A DNA stretch of 62,113 bases, counting the filler, from Choristocarpus tenellus KU-1152 (lineage: Eukaryota > Protista > Phaeophyceae): assembly GCA_964200185.2 (NCBI GenBank). It is 13 parts of 13 records of this genome, joined end to end, with 100 filler letters (N's around TTAATTAATTAA, not from the genome) between each part and the next. Parts side by side here need not be neighbours in the genome. Positions count along the whole stretch, not along the records: positions 26,169 to 29,675 come from CAXNAD020019559.1; positions 29,776 to 34,130 come from CAXNAD020014951.1; positions 34,231 to 38,203 come from CAXNAD020016843.1; 10 more parts are not named here. One strand, 5' to 3'. Positions 26,193-37,780 of the stretch are shown here, piece by piece. Each line of letters starts with the position of its first letter. The stretch's first letter is position 1. Both the position numbers and the translations under genes were made by a program. Under the pieces are notes generated by a model. That model saw only the letters and a list, made by a program, of their open reading frames with translations, did not search any database and was not told the origin of the DNA.

Positions 26193-27669
26193 GTTCTGAA
26201 ATGGTTTCGAAAGAATGGAACACAGAATGGGGCATATTCAATCATGTCTTAAAGTTTGAGCTGCAGCGTGGACCCCACAACACTCTCAAAATCCCCAGTG
26301 CAAGACCCAACATCCCTTTGTCACCGGCACGAAGCCCGCTGTCTCAGGGAACTAACTCCAAGCCGACCGAGAAAGGTTGGACTGCACTTGCTCTGCGTTA
26401 CACATTGGCTCTTCGTCCAGGTTATGAGAGGCTCCTCAGGAGTGTGGGATCTAAATTGGTTAAAGAGTTTGGAGTGGGAGAGAGATACTGGGCGCGCACT
26501 AAGGAACAGTTAGACAGGGGGAATGCCGTCTCCCCTAAATCACAAGCATGATCTCGACGGCCATTGGACTTTACGCCAACGAAACAAGCAAAGGTCCGGG
26601 AAATCAACCGCCAGAAATCGTACACTGACTATTGACCCAACTTTCCACCAAGTTCACCAAAGCAGGCCTCACAGTCAGCAGCTCAAAACTTCATCGCTAG
26701 CTATAAGTAATGGGGGCAACGAGAGTTCAGTGGTGCGTCACCCATAGCCTTTCGTTTTCTCACAAGAAGAACAGGGGGGACTTCATCCTCGACCAGATCT
26801 CCCGCAACAACAAAACCTACAGCACTGGCCTCAACTCCATTCACATCAACGAGGCATACTTCTCCCTCATCCACAAACGAGAGGTGGTGCGCACGTTCCC
26901 AGGGGAGGAAAAGGTGGACTTGAAGGTGCAGCACAAGAGCTACATTCCCAATGATGTTCATCTCCGCCGTTTTGCGCCTGGATCCTTCCCAAGATTTCGA
27001 CAGCAAGATCGGGAACTGACGGGATTGCGCGACAAAGAAAGAGCAACGGACTACCTCATGGCACATGAAGGGTGAGGAGTATGAGGTTGATGTCACCGTC
27101 AATGCCAAGTGATACCTGGAGTGGTACACGGAGCAGCTGTTGCCGGCGATCAAGGAAAACATGCCGTGGCTAGAATTGAGGGGGACCTCCATACAGCAGG
27201 ATGGTATGACTTAGCATACAGCAATGGCACAATGCAGAAGTTGAATGCAGCAGGGATGGAAGAGGGATGGAGCATTAAGCTCGTGACGCAGCCAGTGCAG
27301 TCGCCGGATCTCAGCATCAATGATTTGAGGGGTTTTGCATCTCTGAAGAGCAGGGTTTGGACAGAGCATCACAGCACTGTTGATGAACTTGTAGAGGGGG
27401 CTTCAAGCATGTGTTCCACACGTAAGACGTAGACACGGTCGAGAGGGTGTGGCAGAGTCTGTTTGAGAGGTACAATTCAGGTGGTAAGTTCGCTGGGGGG
27501 GGACGATTTCGAGGTAGAGCTAACCAGGACAAAAAAGAGGCAGCAGGAGGACCGGTCGGCTGGATCAGTCGAATTAGACCGAGGAATCCAACCCAAAAGT
27601 CCTTTTTGTAATTGGAGGTCATCCCGAAAAGCTACAGCTTATCGGCCCAGACTTATGGGACAGAGGAAG
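26193..27669 (+). mobile_element. Plant-type (DD39D-like) mariner, transposase pseudogene; left end not seen
   Basis: Motifs IHINEAYF (HIDEKWF-like), VQHKSYIP, IQQDG and QPVQSPDLSINDL. Right TIR CAGACTTATGGGACAGAGGAAG is followed by TA at 27670. Confidence 0.88.
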
Positions 27670-27934
27670 TATTATGGTTAACAATTATCTGATTAAAATA
27701 TCAGCTACAACCACATATCTAAAATAGAACATTAAACTATACCAAAAACCTTTGTAATTATATGATGGATCAATACAAACATTTGAAGCAGAATATACCA
27801 CGTAGAACATATGTAGAGAAGCATCACTATCAATAATGGTGTTGGTGGACAAAATCTTCCATCTAATATGATGTTAAATGAATGATTGGAACACCAGAAA
27901 ATCATATGACCCATTAAACTTAATAATATACATA

Positions 27935-29120
27935 CTCCCCTGTCCCATATGTCTGTTCAACGTCCAGTCAGCGAGTTCAGCAAGCGCCGAATCTGCTCTC
28001 TCTCACTGTCTATTGGAAATTTGATTTTGGGCTGCAATCTGTTCCGAAAACTACAGCAAAATATCGGCACTTTTGGGGGTAGCTCCGCCACGATTCTGGA
28101 ACGGCACAGCAAGGGTAGGATGCTTTGCAACAACGAGAAATGACCAAAAAACAGCCAGATGGCCAAACCTTGCAGCCCATCCAACCATGGGGACAAAGGG
28201 GAGTTGTCTATGGAGGGTCGTCATACGTTGGTTGTACTATATGCGCTTGCGTTTCCTCCTGGATAAAAGAACCTGCCGAGAGGTATTGGCTCGGCTCTCG
28301 AGAAAGAGTTCAAGGTCTCCAAGGGATGCGCCTCCAGCTGTGGAACAAGGCAACGGAGCAGCTCATCGCCGGCCACACGCTGGTCCTTTATACCAAGAAG
28401 AGGTCTGATGCTCCCACAGTCTTCACGCCAAGAAAAAAGCAGAGGACCATCGAGGTCAACTCTGAGCGCAGATACCTGACCATTCGGCAGCTCAAGGTTG
28501 ACCTCGAAGAGTCCAACGTAAACATCAGCAAGTCGCAGCTCCAACTCCCCTTTGTCCCCACGGTTGGATGGGCTGCAAGTTTCAGCCATCTGGCCGCTGT
28601 TTGACCCTTTCTCGTTGTTGCAAAGCACCATACCCTTGCTGTGCCGTTCCAGAATCGTGGCGGAGCTACCCCAAAAAGTGCCGATATTTAGCTGTAGTTT
28701 TCGGAACAGATTGGAGCCCAAAGAGCCACAGTATCTTAGAGGGTAGAGCCGTGTCCATTTGGGGGCCAATATCCAATGTTGCGATTTTGGTGTAATTTGG
28801 GCTATCGTGTTTGTTATGAAATGTCAATATCCATATTCTGGACACACCATTTCATAACGAATATTTCTTACCTACTCCGAAATATTTTGGAGTAGGAAAA
28901 TGCCATAAAAAAAATCATGGGAAGCCAAGCCCCAAATGGTCAAACAGGGCAATACTCGCACCCTCTAAGATACTTTCAGTCAAAATCAAACCTCCAATAG
29001 ACAGTGAGAGAGCGCAGATCCAGCGGTTTCACATGGTGACCCGTTTGCATGGTATCTAGTCGTGGATCTGGAGTTATGACTCGCTGACTGGACATTGAAC
29101 AGACTTATGAGACAGAGGAG
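27935..29120 (+). mobile_element. Non-autonomous mariner derivative with ~270-bp inverted arms around a transposase N-terminal fragment
   Basis: TA|CTCCCCTGTCCCATATGTCTG...CAGACTTATGAGACAGAGGAG|TA (Stowaway-like termini). Arms are 27935-28206 and 28541-29120. The core peptide is homologous to the N-terminus of the 26.4-kb transposase. Confidence 0.88.
28723..28981 (+). mobile_element. MITE family A copy 3
   Basis: GAGCCACAGTATCTTAGAGGGTA...CACCCTCTAAGATACTTTCAGTC. TSD AAA is confirmed by the empty site (CCCAAAATCAAA) in the opposite inverted arm. Confidence 0.93.
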
Positions 29121-29775
29121 TACATTTATTATGCCCTCTGACGTTTGGGAGATTTTTCATCAGGGAGAAATCTAAACTGTGGACTGCATATACATAATAG
29201 TTCTCGTCAATCTAAGATATCTCTATAAAAGTACGCGCCTCCTCCGTTCAGAATTAAATTGTAGGGTATAACTTTTGCAAGCTCCATTCTCACTCGGGAA
29301 CGACCCATATGATAAACCCTCTGGATAGGCTTAGTTCTCATATAGATTGGGAGGTATGCAAAGTTTGAGATGATGGGCTGTCATGACTGAGGATCAGTGC
29401 AACCAAGTCGCATTTGACAGGGTTCAAAAACCTCATGAAAGTTTCAAAGTGAGTGTTTATTGGGATGGCTAGGATGAAGGATCCCTGATGTTCGAGCTGC
29501 TTGCTCATCCCGTTGTCATCCATTGGTCCCAATTCTTCGACCAGAAGTCCGTTCGGGGGCAGGACTCAAACAGCCTGATGCAAAGCACAATAGCGCAATG
29601 CCCGGAGGTGAGAGGGCACGAGACTTGTATGCCTCAAGGGAAGGTAGCGGCCATCAGACTCAAAGTATATGGGGGNNNNNNNNNNNNNNNNNNNNNNNNN
29701 NNNNNNNNNNNNNNNNNNNTTAATTAATTAANNNNNNNNNNNNNNNNNNNNNNNNNNNNNNNNNNNNNNNNNNNN

Positions 29776-32700
29776 CAGGGATAATGAGGCTAGATGGGGT
29801 GTGGTGGAGGAGTACAGAGTGGACAAAAGAAGATTGAAGGGTGTTGGATGTAGAGGTTGTGGCAGAGGAGGCCCCAGCAAGGATGTCAGGGCAGTCAAAT
29901 AAAGTGGTAGTGGCAAGGGAGACCTCCTCACGGAGACCTGGGTTGTTAAATGAACTGAGACGATGGAGTTCACGGGATTGTGCAGTGGTGGTTGGTTGTG
30001 GTGATGAAGTGGGGGGTGGGATGGTGAATGTGGCTGGAGGAGTCAGTGGGACAGAAGGTGAGGGCGGGGGAATGGGGTGTGTGCATGATTGGTCTGGGAT
30101 TGTGGTTGTAAGGTCAATGGGATCAGGTGATAAGGGGGGGGAGGGGGGGGGGTACTGGTGGTGTTAGGAGTTGGGAAGATGAGAGAGGTGGGTTGTTCTG
30201 GGTCTGAGTTGGGCGGTGACAATGTGGTTGGGATTTCTTCAATGAAAGTGACATGGCGGGTGTTGAATACTTTGTTAGTGTGTGGTTTCCATATACGATA
30301 CCCAGTGCTGTGCGTGCAGTAGCCAACCATGCGCCCTGTCCAAGCTGTAGGCGCCATTTTACCTCCGTGGGAGCAGTCATGATGTACATAGGCCCGAGCT
30401 CCGAAGACGCGGAGGGTAGACAGGTCAGGGTGGGTTGTGTGCCAATTGTGGTAGGGGGTGTCGTAGTTGAGGGTGGCAGTGGGGGACAGGTTGGTGAGGT
30501 GGGTGGCAGTGGCAACAGCTTCAGTCCAAAGTTGCTTGGGTAGGTCAGTGTTGTTGAGGATGGAGCGAGCTTTGGAGAAGATGGTGCGCCACTGTCATTC
30601 AGCCAGGCCATTGTCTTGGGGGATGTAGGGGTTTGTAAATTCTTGGCGGATGTTGTGGTGGGTGCAGTAGGTGGAGATGTTGCGTCCTGTGTACTCGCCG
30701 CCGTTATCCAAGCGTAGAGTCTTGATGTGGTACCCAGTGTTGGCAGTAACATCAGTGCGGTAGCACCGAATGGTGTTGAACACGCCAGACTGGGAGTGAA
30801 TGAAGTAGATGTGGTGCATGTGGGTAGTAAAATCCGTGTAGATGACAGCGTAGCAGCTCCCGGAGGAGGACAGTGGTGACACTGGCCCAGTGACATCGTT
30901 GTGAACAACTTCCAGGGGGTGTCGAGGTGCGGTGGAATTTTGGAATGGGGTTGGTGGGTGGACTTGTTCATGGCACAGGAGGAGCATGGAGGGAGGTGTT
31001 CTGTGGTGGGAAAGGTAAGATCGGCAGGGTAGTGGGATTGAAGGTGGTGCAGGTCGCGGTCATTGAGGTAGGCTAGGCGGTGGTGCCAGAGGAGCAATGT
31101 GGAAAATGCTGAGGAAGGTATAGGTGGTAGGGAGGCATGTGCAATGGGAGAGGTGAGTGTGGTAGGGGTGGGGGTAGGTGGTGCTTGGAGTACAGGAAGG
31201 GTAATAGGGTCGGGTGGTGAGGGGGTGGCAGGACAGGTAGAGAAGTCCAGGTAGTACAAGGAGCCCAGAGTTTGCAGTGGTATGCGAGTCTTGCCATTAA
31301 GGAGGTGCGGTTGGTGGGAGATCACAGTGGTCCAGCCAGTAGTCGCTGCAGCACATGCAGAGTACAAATGACGACCAGGTCCAGGTACCAGCAGAAGAGT
31401 GGACGTGGAGCGTGAAGGCCGTGATGGAGGGTGCTGCAGCAGTCCTGTAAAGAGAGCTTGCCGATGTGCTGCGAGGTGTAGGTTCCCAATGCCCGAGACG
31501 GTGATGGGGTGGGCAAGGTAGGTAAAATGGGATAGGAAATGGTGGTGGGTGGAAAGGAGAGTGAGATCGGCAATGTGGTTTGTGCAGCCGGAGTCAACTA
31601 TGAGGAGGTGAGTTCGGTTGGGCGTGGATCTTCTTCTGGGGTTGTGTGGTGGGTTGTGGTGGTGGAAAATCAGTAGGAGTAGTGGCCATTTGCATCTGGA
31701 CCCCAGCCATCTGATGGTGCTGAGATAGTGATCGAAGTGGTGGCGGTCTGATTGGGAGTGGTTGGTGGTGCGTTTGGTGGATGAGGGGCGGTCGGTCGGG
31801 AAATGTGGCTGTTTTGGGCACAGCATTCTTGATCAGTGTGGGTGGAGGTCATATGGAAGGAACACCACATGCCAGTGGGTGGGTAGTGGGTGTGATGAGG
31901 TGGTGGAGTGGGAGCAGTTGGGGGTGTGCCTGAAGTGGAGTGGCGGTTGGGGCAGCGGCGATGATGGTGACCAGGTTGGTTGCAGCATCTACAGGGGCGG
32001 GTCTTGGCGGACAGAGCAAGGTTGGGAGCACCGTCAGTGGATGAGTCAGCCAGGTTCAGGTCGTTGTTATACGTTTCCCAAATTGCGGTGGTAAGGTCCT
32101 CAGGAGAGTACTCAGACTGGAAGCACACTTGACTGCGAAGTGCATCATTGTCCGGTGAGAGGCCAGAGATTATTGCAGCCTGCAGGCGAAAATCACTGAC
32201 TGTTTCACCGAAACCCTCCAGTTCAGCTTTAGCTTTGTAGAGGCGTAGGAGCCACTGATCTGGATCTTCGCCAGTGTCCATCGTACAGTTCTCGAAGCGA
32301 CGATGTACAGCGCGCATCCGTTGCTCTGTGGCTGCTTCATACTTGGACTTTAGGGCCTGCCATGCTGACAGCCCATCGTTCAGTTGGGTCTCATCGCGTT
32401 GTTGGAGTCCATGGAGTAGGTCCTTAGCAGGTCCACGACAGGTAGAAAGAAGGATGTCGAAGAGCTGGTCGTTGTCCTCTTCTTAAGTGGTGATGGGTGA
32501 GGCGGTGGCAGCGGCAGGACGTGACGGGTGCTGGACCAGAACTTTATGGGCCTTGGGTGCAACACAGCTCAGAATGCCCACAAAGTCAAGTTTGAAGGCG
32601 TCCCAGGAGGAGTCATCGCCAGTGAAGATCGGGAGTTTTAGGGTGTGTTCTATGACGAGGTCGTGAAGGTATCTAGTGGGGTGAGGGAGGGAATTGGGGG

Positions 32701-33529
32701 CAGTACAAGAGAAGGTCGGGGGGATTGGGTGTAGTATGTGTTGACCAAGTGTTGAGGCTCATAACTTGTTGAAACCTGAATCGAATGCATTGTACATGTA
32801 AGCGAAATGGGTAGACTACGAGTGAAGAGGAATCACGGTGTTGTAAAGCACCGACGAGTAGAATACGTAGTCTGTGGTATGAGTAGATGTGGTTGTGATG
32901 CAAATCACTGATGTATTTGTGCTGTTGCAACTGAAGTCATTGATCTCTCAGTCAAGAATGATGTGATGTGAATTCAGCGTTATTTCATGAGATACTCAAC
33001 GAAAGAAGTCCATGCTCTGTGGAGAGGCTTGTTTCCTTGGCTGGCAAGGGTCTCCGTAGATGGTTTTAACTCTGATTATATATTACAAGTGTGCGTCAGG
33101 GGCACTATTGCAGAGTGGGCATGGGGCGCTCAGTGGGGTCAATGACAACCAATGAAAAATAATAACCAACAATTAACTTGCATGTGGGGTTCTATGCTTA
33201 CAAAAAAAAAGGAACAGAGATGACAGACAACAACAAAGAGAAAATAGGAACAGAAGGTAACAGTGGAATGCACTTGGAACAAGTTCCGAAGTAACTTGTA
33301 TGACGCGTGCAATGATGTTCCTGTGTGTGATGTATATCAACTGAATATCAACTGAATATCAACTGATGCTATACTTCTATCTACTGTCATCGATGTGATG
33401 ATGAGTTGGGATGCGCAATAAATAAATCAACAATAACAACCAGAGCAGTGTACCAATCAACGGTCAGTACAAGCTGGTAGTTTTTGTATCATATTAACAA
33501 GAAACAAATGAATAACCTATGTTTTAACA
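29776..33529 (-). mobile_element. Ty1/Copia 5' half (LTR, PBS, gag, protease, integrase), frameshifted
   Basis: LTR edge TGTTGAA at 32767 (outer edge uncertain, ~33499-33529). PBS AGTTATGAGCC at 32756-32766. Gag EDPDQWL, knuckle CRCCNQPGHHHRRC, then WCSFH..HTDQEC. Protease IVDSGCTNH. Pre-integrase LWHHRLAYLN..CSSC. Integrase VHNDVTGP, LRLDNGGEY, PQDNGLAE, VGY..GYRIW. Confidence 0.92.
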
Positions 33530-33665
33530 ATCCTCCCCATCCCCTTCAGCACTTGGTGGATCCTGAAGTGTTGCGTGGGAAGTTAGAAGTTCAGAAATTG
33601 TTGGTGGTTACACTGGATTACTGAAATCTTACCTTCAGTTGTATCTACTTGGTTTCCCTTACTCC

Positions 33666-34007
33666 TATGCAAAAGAGAGCTATTCAAATAGATATTTGCT
33701 TTATGTGGTAAGGATGTATTTATGAACGGAGTGAGCACTATCCTCGAAGTGGGGGAGGTGCTCTCCCTTGTTATCTATTTATTGTGCACGTCAACAGACT
33801 CGTCAATATGTGTCTGTGTCAGTTACGCTACATCTGCCACTTATAATAAACATAAATGAGAAATTAATTCATCGACACTCGAACCTAATTCTCTAGGTAC
33901 ACTGACATAAGTCCTTGACACTTACTTCGTTCAGTCAACACTTCTGTCATATAGTACTCGTCACTAAACACGTAACACCCTATAGACTACTTGGCCTATA
34001 TTGCATA
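33666..34007 (-). mobile_element. Solo LTR with perfect 5-bp TSD
   Basis: ACTCC|TATGCAAAAGAG...CCTATATTGCATA|ACTCC; homologous to 9391-9781. Confidence 0.92.
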
Positions 34008-34926
34008 ACTCCAACAACAAAAAACATGAACTCCGCTAGAGCCTTCACTGCGTCCAATTCTCGACTTCTGGGGTCTAACCACCTACTCAATCCTCTATGT
34101 ATACGGAAATCAGACCACTTCTCCCAAACTNNNNNNNNNNNNNNNNNNNNNNNNNNNNNNNNNNNNNNNNNNNNTTAATTAATTAANNNNNNNNNNNNNN
34201 NNNNNNNNNNNNNNNNNNNNNNNNNNNNNNCATCCAGCCGCCCACTCCATGTAGCCAGAGATTATCGGAACGCCAGTTGTAGAGGAACGGGCGGAGCATC
34301 TCCACCTCAGAGAGACGGTTCCATGTGCCATGGCACATTGTGAGGAACATCATACTGCGAGAGGTTGGTGGTAAAGCGGTAGCAGTTCAGTTGTTTCAAG
34401 GGGTAAATCCTAGCATTGCCCTTACAAACCTATCTTGATGTATCTACTCCTCACATGTTCGTAGTGGGTGGAAGCGGCAAAATACGTCTAGGTTCAACGG
34501 GGTATCTTCCTTGTGGGATCATTTTTTTTGTCGAGGTTGTACTTGCCGTTATCTTATCAGTTGGACATACAGAGCGATCAGTTCTATGAGTACAGGCACC
34601 CCCATCTCGTTGATGAATTCTCTCGGCATTGGCAGAAGATTGGAAATTGCATACCACCCAACATCCACTATCAGAAACAACTGTAGAGACTTCTGTGAAA
34701 ATGGTGATGGCATGGACCAAAAAGATACTGTCACAAGACTTTGCCCACCTTGATGAGCAATTCAAGCAAAAGAGCTGACACACCATATGTTGTCTTATAG
34801 ATATTACTCCCAGTTGCATTACTTGCGAGTTAGGCGGGAGTATGTTACTGCACGTCTGATGCCTGCAGTTCCCAGACTGCTGGAACTAGGATCAACACCG
34901 ATAAAACGATCACATGCATGATTCCT

Positions 34927-35183
34927 GAGCCAAAGTATCTTAGAGGGTAGAGTCGCGTCCATTTCTGATTCAAATTCGAATGTTCCGATTTTGATGTAAT
35001 TTGACTATCATGTTTTTGAGGAAGTGTCAATATCCTTGTTCCGGACACACCTTTTCATCACGTGCAAATTTTACCTACTCCGAAACATATCGGAGTAGGA
35101 AAAAGTCATAAAGCACCTGTGGAAAGCCAAGTCCCATATGGACAAACAGGGAAAAAATCGTACCCTCTAAGATACTTTCACTC
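34927..35183 (+). mobile_element. MITE family A copy 4
   Basis: Intact TIRs GAGCCAAAGTATCTTAGAGGGTA / TACCCTCTAAGATACTTTCACTC with 4-bp TSD TCCT. Confidence 0.93.
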
Positions 35184-35459
35184 TCCTGCTACAAATGAAA
35201 CTGGCCTTATCGGACTAACATTTATCGTTACGTACTTGGTGGTTGTAATGATGATGCGGGAACTGGCGCGGGCAACGGCATCGAACACCTTGACAGTCCA
35301 GGGACCCTCTTTCAGACAACCTGGGTCCTGGGATGCAGGAGAGGGATCTGCAGTCAGTGTGTTGCACTGAGACAGGAGAGAACACAGGGCACCCGGAAGG
35401 AATTCTACAACAAACGGAAATCGAGCTTAACAGCGAGTTCTAGGTACTCCTTCCCATCT

Positions 35460-35680
35460 CTGTGGCTCGGCTGCTTATTTCACCTCGTCCATGCTGCAGA
35501 AAAAATCATTGCCACACCCATCCGTACAGATACTTTGCCGTGGCCACATGTTCCAGTAGAAGCGGTCAATGACGAACATCATGGACACCAAGAGCCATAG
35601 TGTAAGGTGTGCAATGCTGTAGAAGTTTGCCCTGTCCGTCAGCATAAATAACTGTCGCTCAATCCGAGAACGCTGTCGGA
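35460..35680 (-). pseudogene. Possible KDZ-like (Kyakuja/Dileera/Zisupton) transposase remnant
   Basis: With one frameshift it reads F..ATVIYADG..KLLQHC / WLLVSMMFVIDRFYWN....ICTDG....SMDEVK*AAE. This resembles the IYD-x-AC-x-L...F-x-IDRFHW...C...NS-x-AAEQ pattern. Confidence 0.35.
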
Positions 35681-36094
35681 AATGGGGGGTGGGGCATCAC
35701 TTCACGGAGGAGTATCTTGTTATTCATTGGGCTGGAACAATCGGCATATGGTGTTTCAGATCAATCAGGAGAACGATGAATCATCTCAACTCCCATCTCT
35801 CTCTTTGCGATTAGCAACTTCTGCTTCTTGGGTACATTCCAGCAATTGCTCGAGTTGGAATTCGTGTTTCGATATTTTAAGGATACGTTGTCATGTTCGT
35901 TCGACATGTATTCCAGGCTGCACGTATCGTCAGATTTGCCTTGCCTACTCCCGTAGTTCATTGCAATCGCGAAGGGAGATTAACGCATGGTGATGCCACA
36001 TTAAAAACCTTAAGACTTTAGGTTGTTTAGTACTTGCTCTAGCACCCACCAATTGTTCGTTAGCAGCATCCCTGCTCGAACTGCTCGTGCTGCA

Positions 36095-37780
36095 AGATGG
36101 TGCTGACTGTTCTGCTATATTGAAGGGACAGAGCTTCATCGCCAGATGTGAAAGACTCTCCAGGAACCTACCCTTCACTACACTCGAAGATAGGTGTCGC
36201 GACTGTTGTGTCTGGCACTTCGCTCTTCGCTTTCTCCCTCTATCTCAGCAGAGAGTTATCTGTGAACAGTGAACTCCTGAGCGACTGGTAGTAGCTTGGC
36301 TAGGTCAAGAGAAACCACCAGGTATCATTTCATTTCAAAGAGTTCCAGAAATAGAGTGCGGAGGGATTGATGTCCACCCTGATCCTTTAAATGAGAGAGT
36401 AAGGTTCCCCTGCAAGTGTCTTCTGGTGATGATACGCGATAAGGATCTTTCTCTGTACCTTATTTGTTGTGTGCTTCTTGCAAATATGGCCTCTCCCATT
36501 TCTCGGGTAGAAGAATAATTATTGACGAAGATATTATATTTCTTTAGGGCTAATAACGACATATGTATAGTTTTCATTGATTTTCTCCCTGACACATCTG
36601 CAAAATGTCCGAGGGCATAATAATAAAAATTATGCGAAGATGTATGGTATATATTGTAGAGATACTACTATACATAATTTCATATATATATATATAATAT
36701 AATATATATATATATATATATTGCTTGCCATTTAACATTTTGAAAATACAGAACAAATAATTGAAGGTTTTTGGTTTGATGGTGGTATAATGTAACAAGG
36801 AGAAAAAGAAACACTAGAGGACATAATAAGTAAAATTGATTTTACCATTCGGGGCAAGTGTTTAACATTTGACACCATACTCATCCAAACATAACCAACT
36901 TTCAATTTCGGTGAGGGACAGAGGTTGGGAAAATGAGGAATATCATGCATTGTTGTATGCCCCCCAATATTTTGGGGGTGTGGCAGGAGGGGGGAGATTT
37001 TGAATTGGTCAAGGTCTCTCTGGAACTACTCCTACTCCGAGGGTGTGCTGGCTCTTCTACACTATTGAACGGACAGAGCTTCATCGCCAGACCTGAAAGA
37101 CTCTCCAGAAGCCCAACCTTCACTACACTCAAAAATAGATGTCGCGACCGTTGTGTCTGGCATTTCGCTCTTTGATTTCTCTCTCTATCTGGGCAGAGAG
37201 TTATCTGTGAATATCGAATTCCCAACCCACTGGTAGTAGCTTGGGCTAGGTCAAGAGTAAGCACCAGCTATAATTTCATTTCAAAGAGTTCTAGAAATTG
37301 AATGCTGAGCGATTGGTGTCCACTATCATCACGTAAACTTGAGTAAGGTGAGTATAGGAAAAGTGCACTTTTCCTATGCAAGTGTCACTCGTGATGATAC
37401 GTGATGAGGATCTTTCTCGGTATCTTGTTGTGTATTTCTTGTAACTATATGGTCTCTCCCATTTCTTGGGTAGAAGAATAACTATATATTATACGAAGAT
37501 TTATGGCTTATAGTGTACAGACAATAGTATACATAATTGTATATTTTTTATTCATACTGCTTGCCTTTTGAAATTTCCAGACAAAAATTGAAGGTTTTTG
37601 GTTTTGATGGCGGTGCACTATGACATCATACTGCTCCAAACATAACCAACTTTCAACTTTGGTGGGAGACGGAGGGGGGGGAAATGAGGAGTATCATATA
37701 TTATTATATGCCCACCAATATTTGGTGGTGGTGTGGCGGGACGGGAGAGATTTTGAATTGGTTAAGGTCCCCCTGAAAAA
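36095..37780. repeat. Diverged tandem duplication (~0.75-0.95 kb units)
   Basis: 36095-36535 matches 37040-37500, and 36720-37030 matches 37560-37780. Confidence 0.88.
36560..36630 (+). repeat. Short dispersed repeat C: stem-loop plus (TAA)n tail
   Basis: CCCTGACACATCTGCAAAATGTC(C/A)GAGGGCATAATAATAA. Other copies: 29125-29190(-), 37900-37945(+), 37946-38012(-), 38147-38190(+), and a truncated 38191-38203(-). Confidence 0.75.

Noticed and set aside
29239-29270. Stowaway-like terminal motifs (also TACTCCCTCC near 56280)
   Set aside because: No matching partner end found within the contig.
30123-31826. 567-aa ORF as a novel protein
   Set aside because: A frameshift mosaic of Copia protease/pre-integrase with off-frame gag and integrase sequence in C-rich, stop-poor DNA.
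35528-35538. CAGATACTTTG, identical to the MITE B terminal core, inside the KDZ-like remnant
   Set aside because: Isolated 11-mer without poly-G, subterminal box or partner end; chance cannot be excluded.
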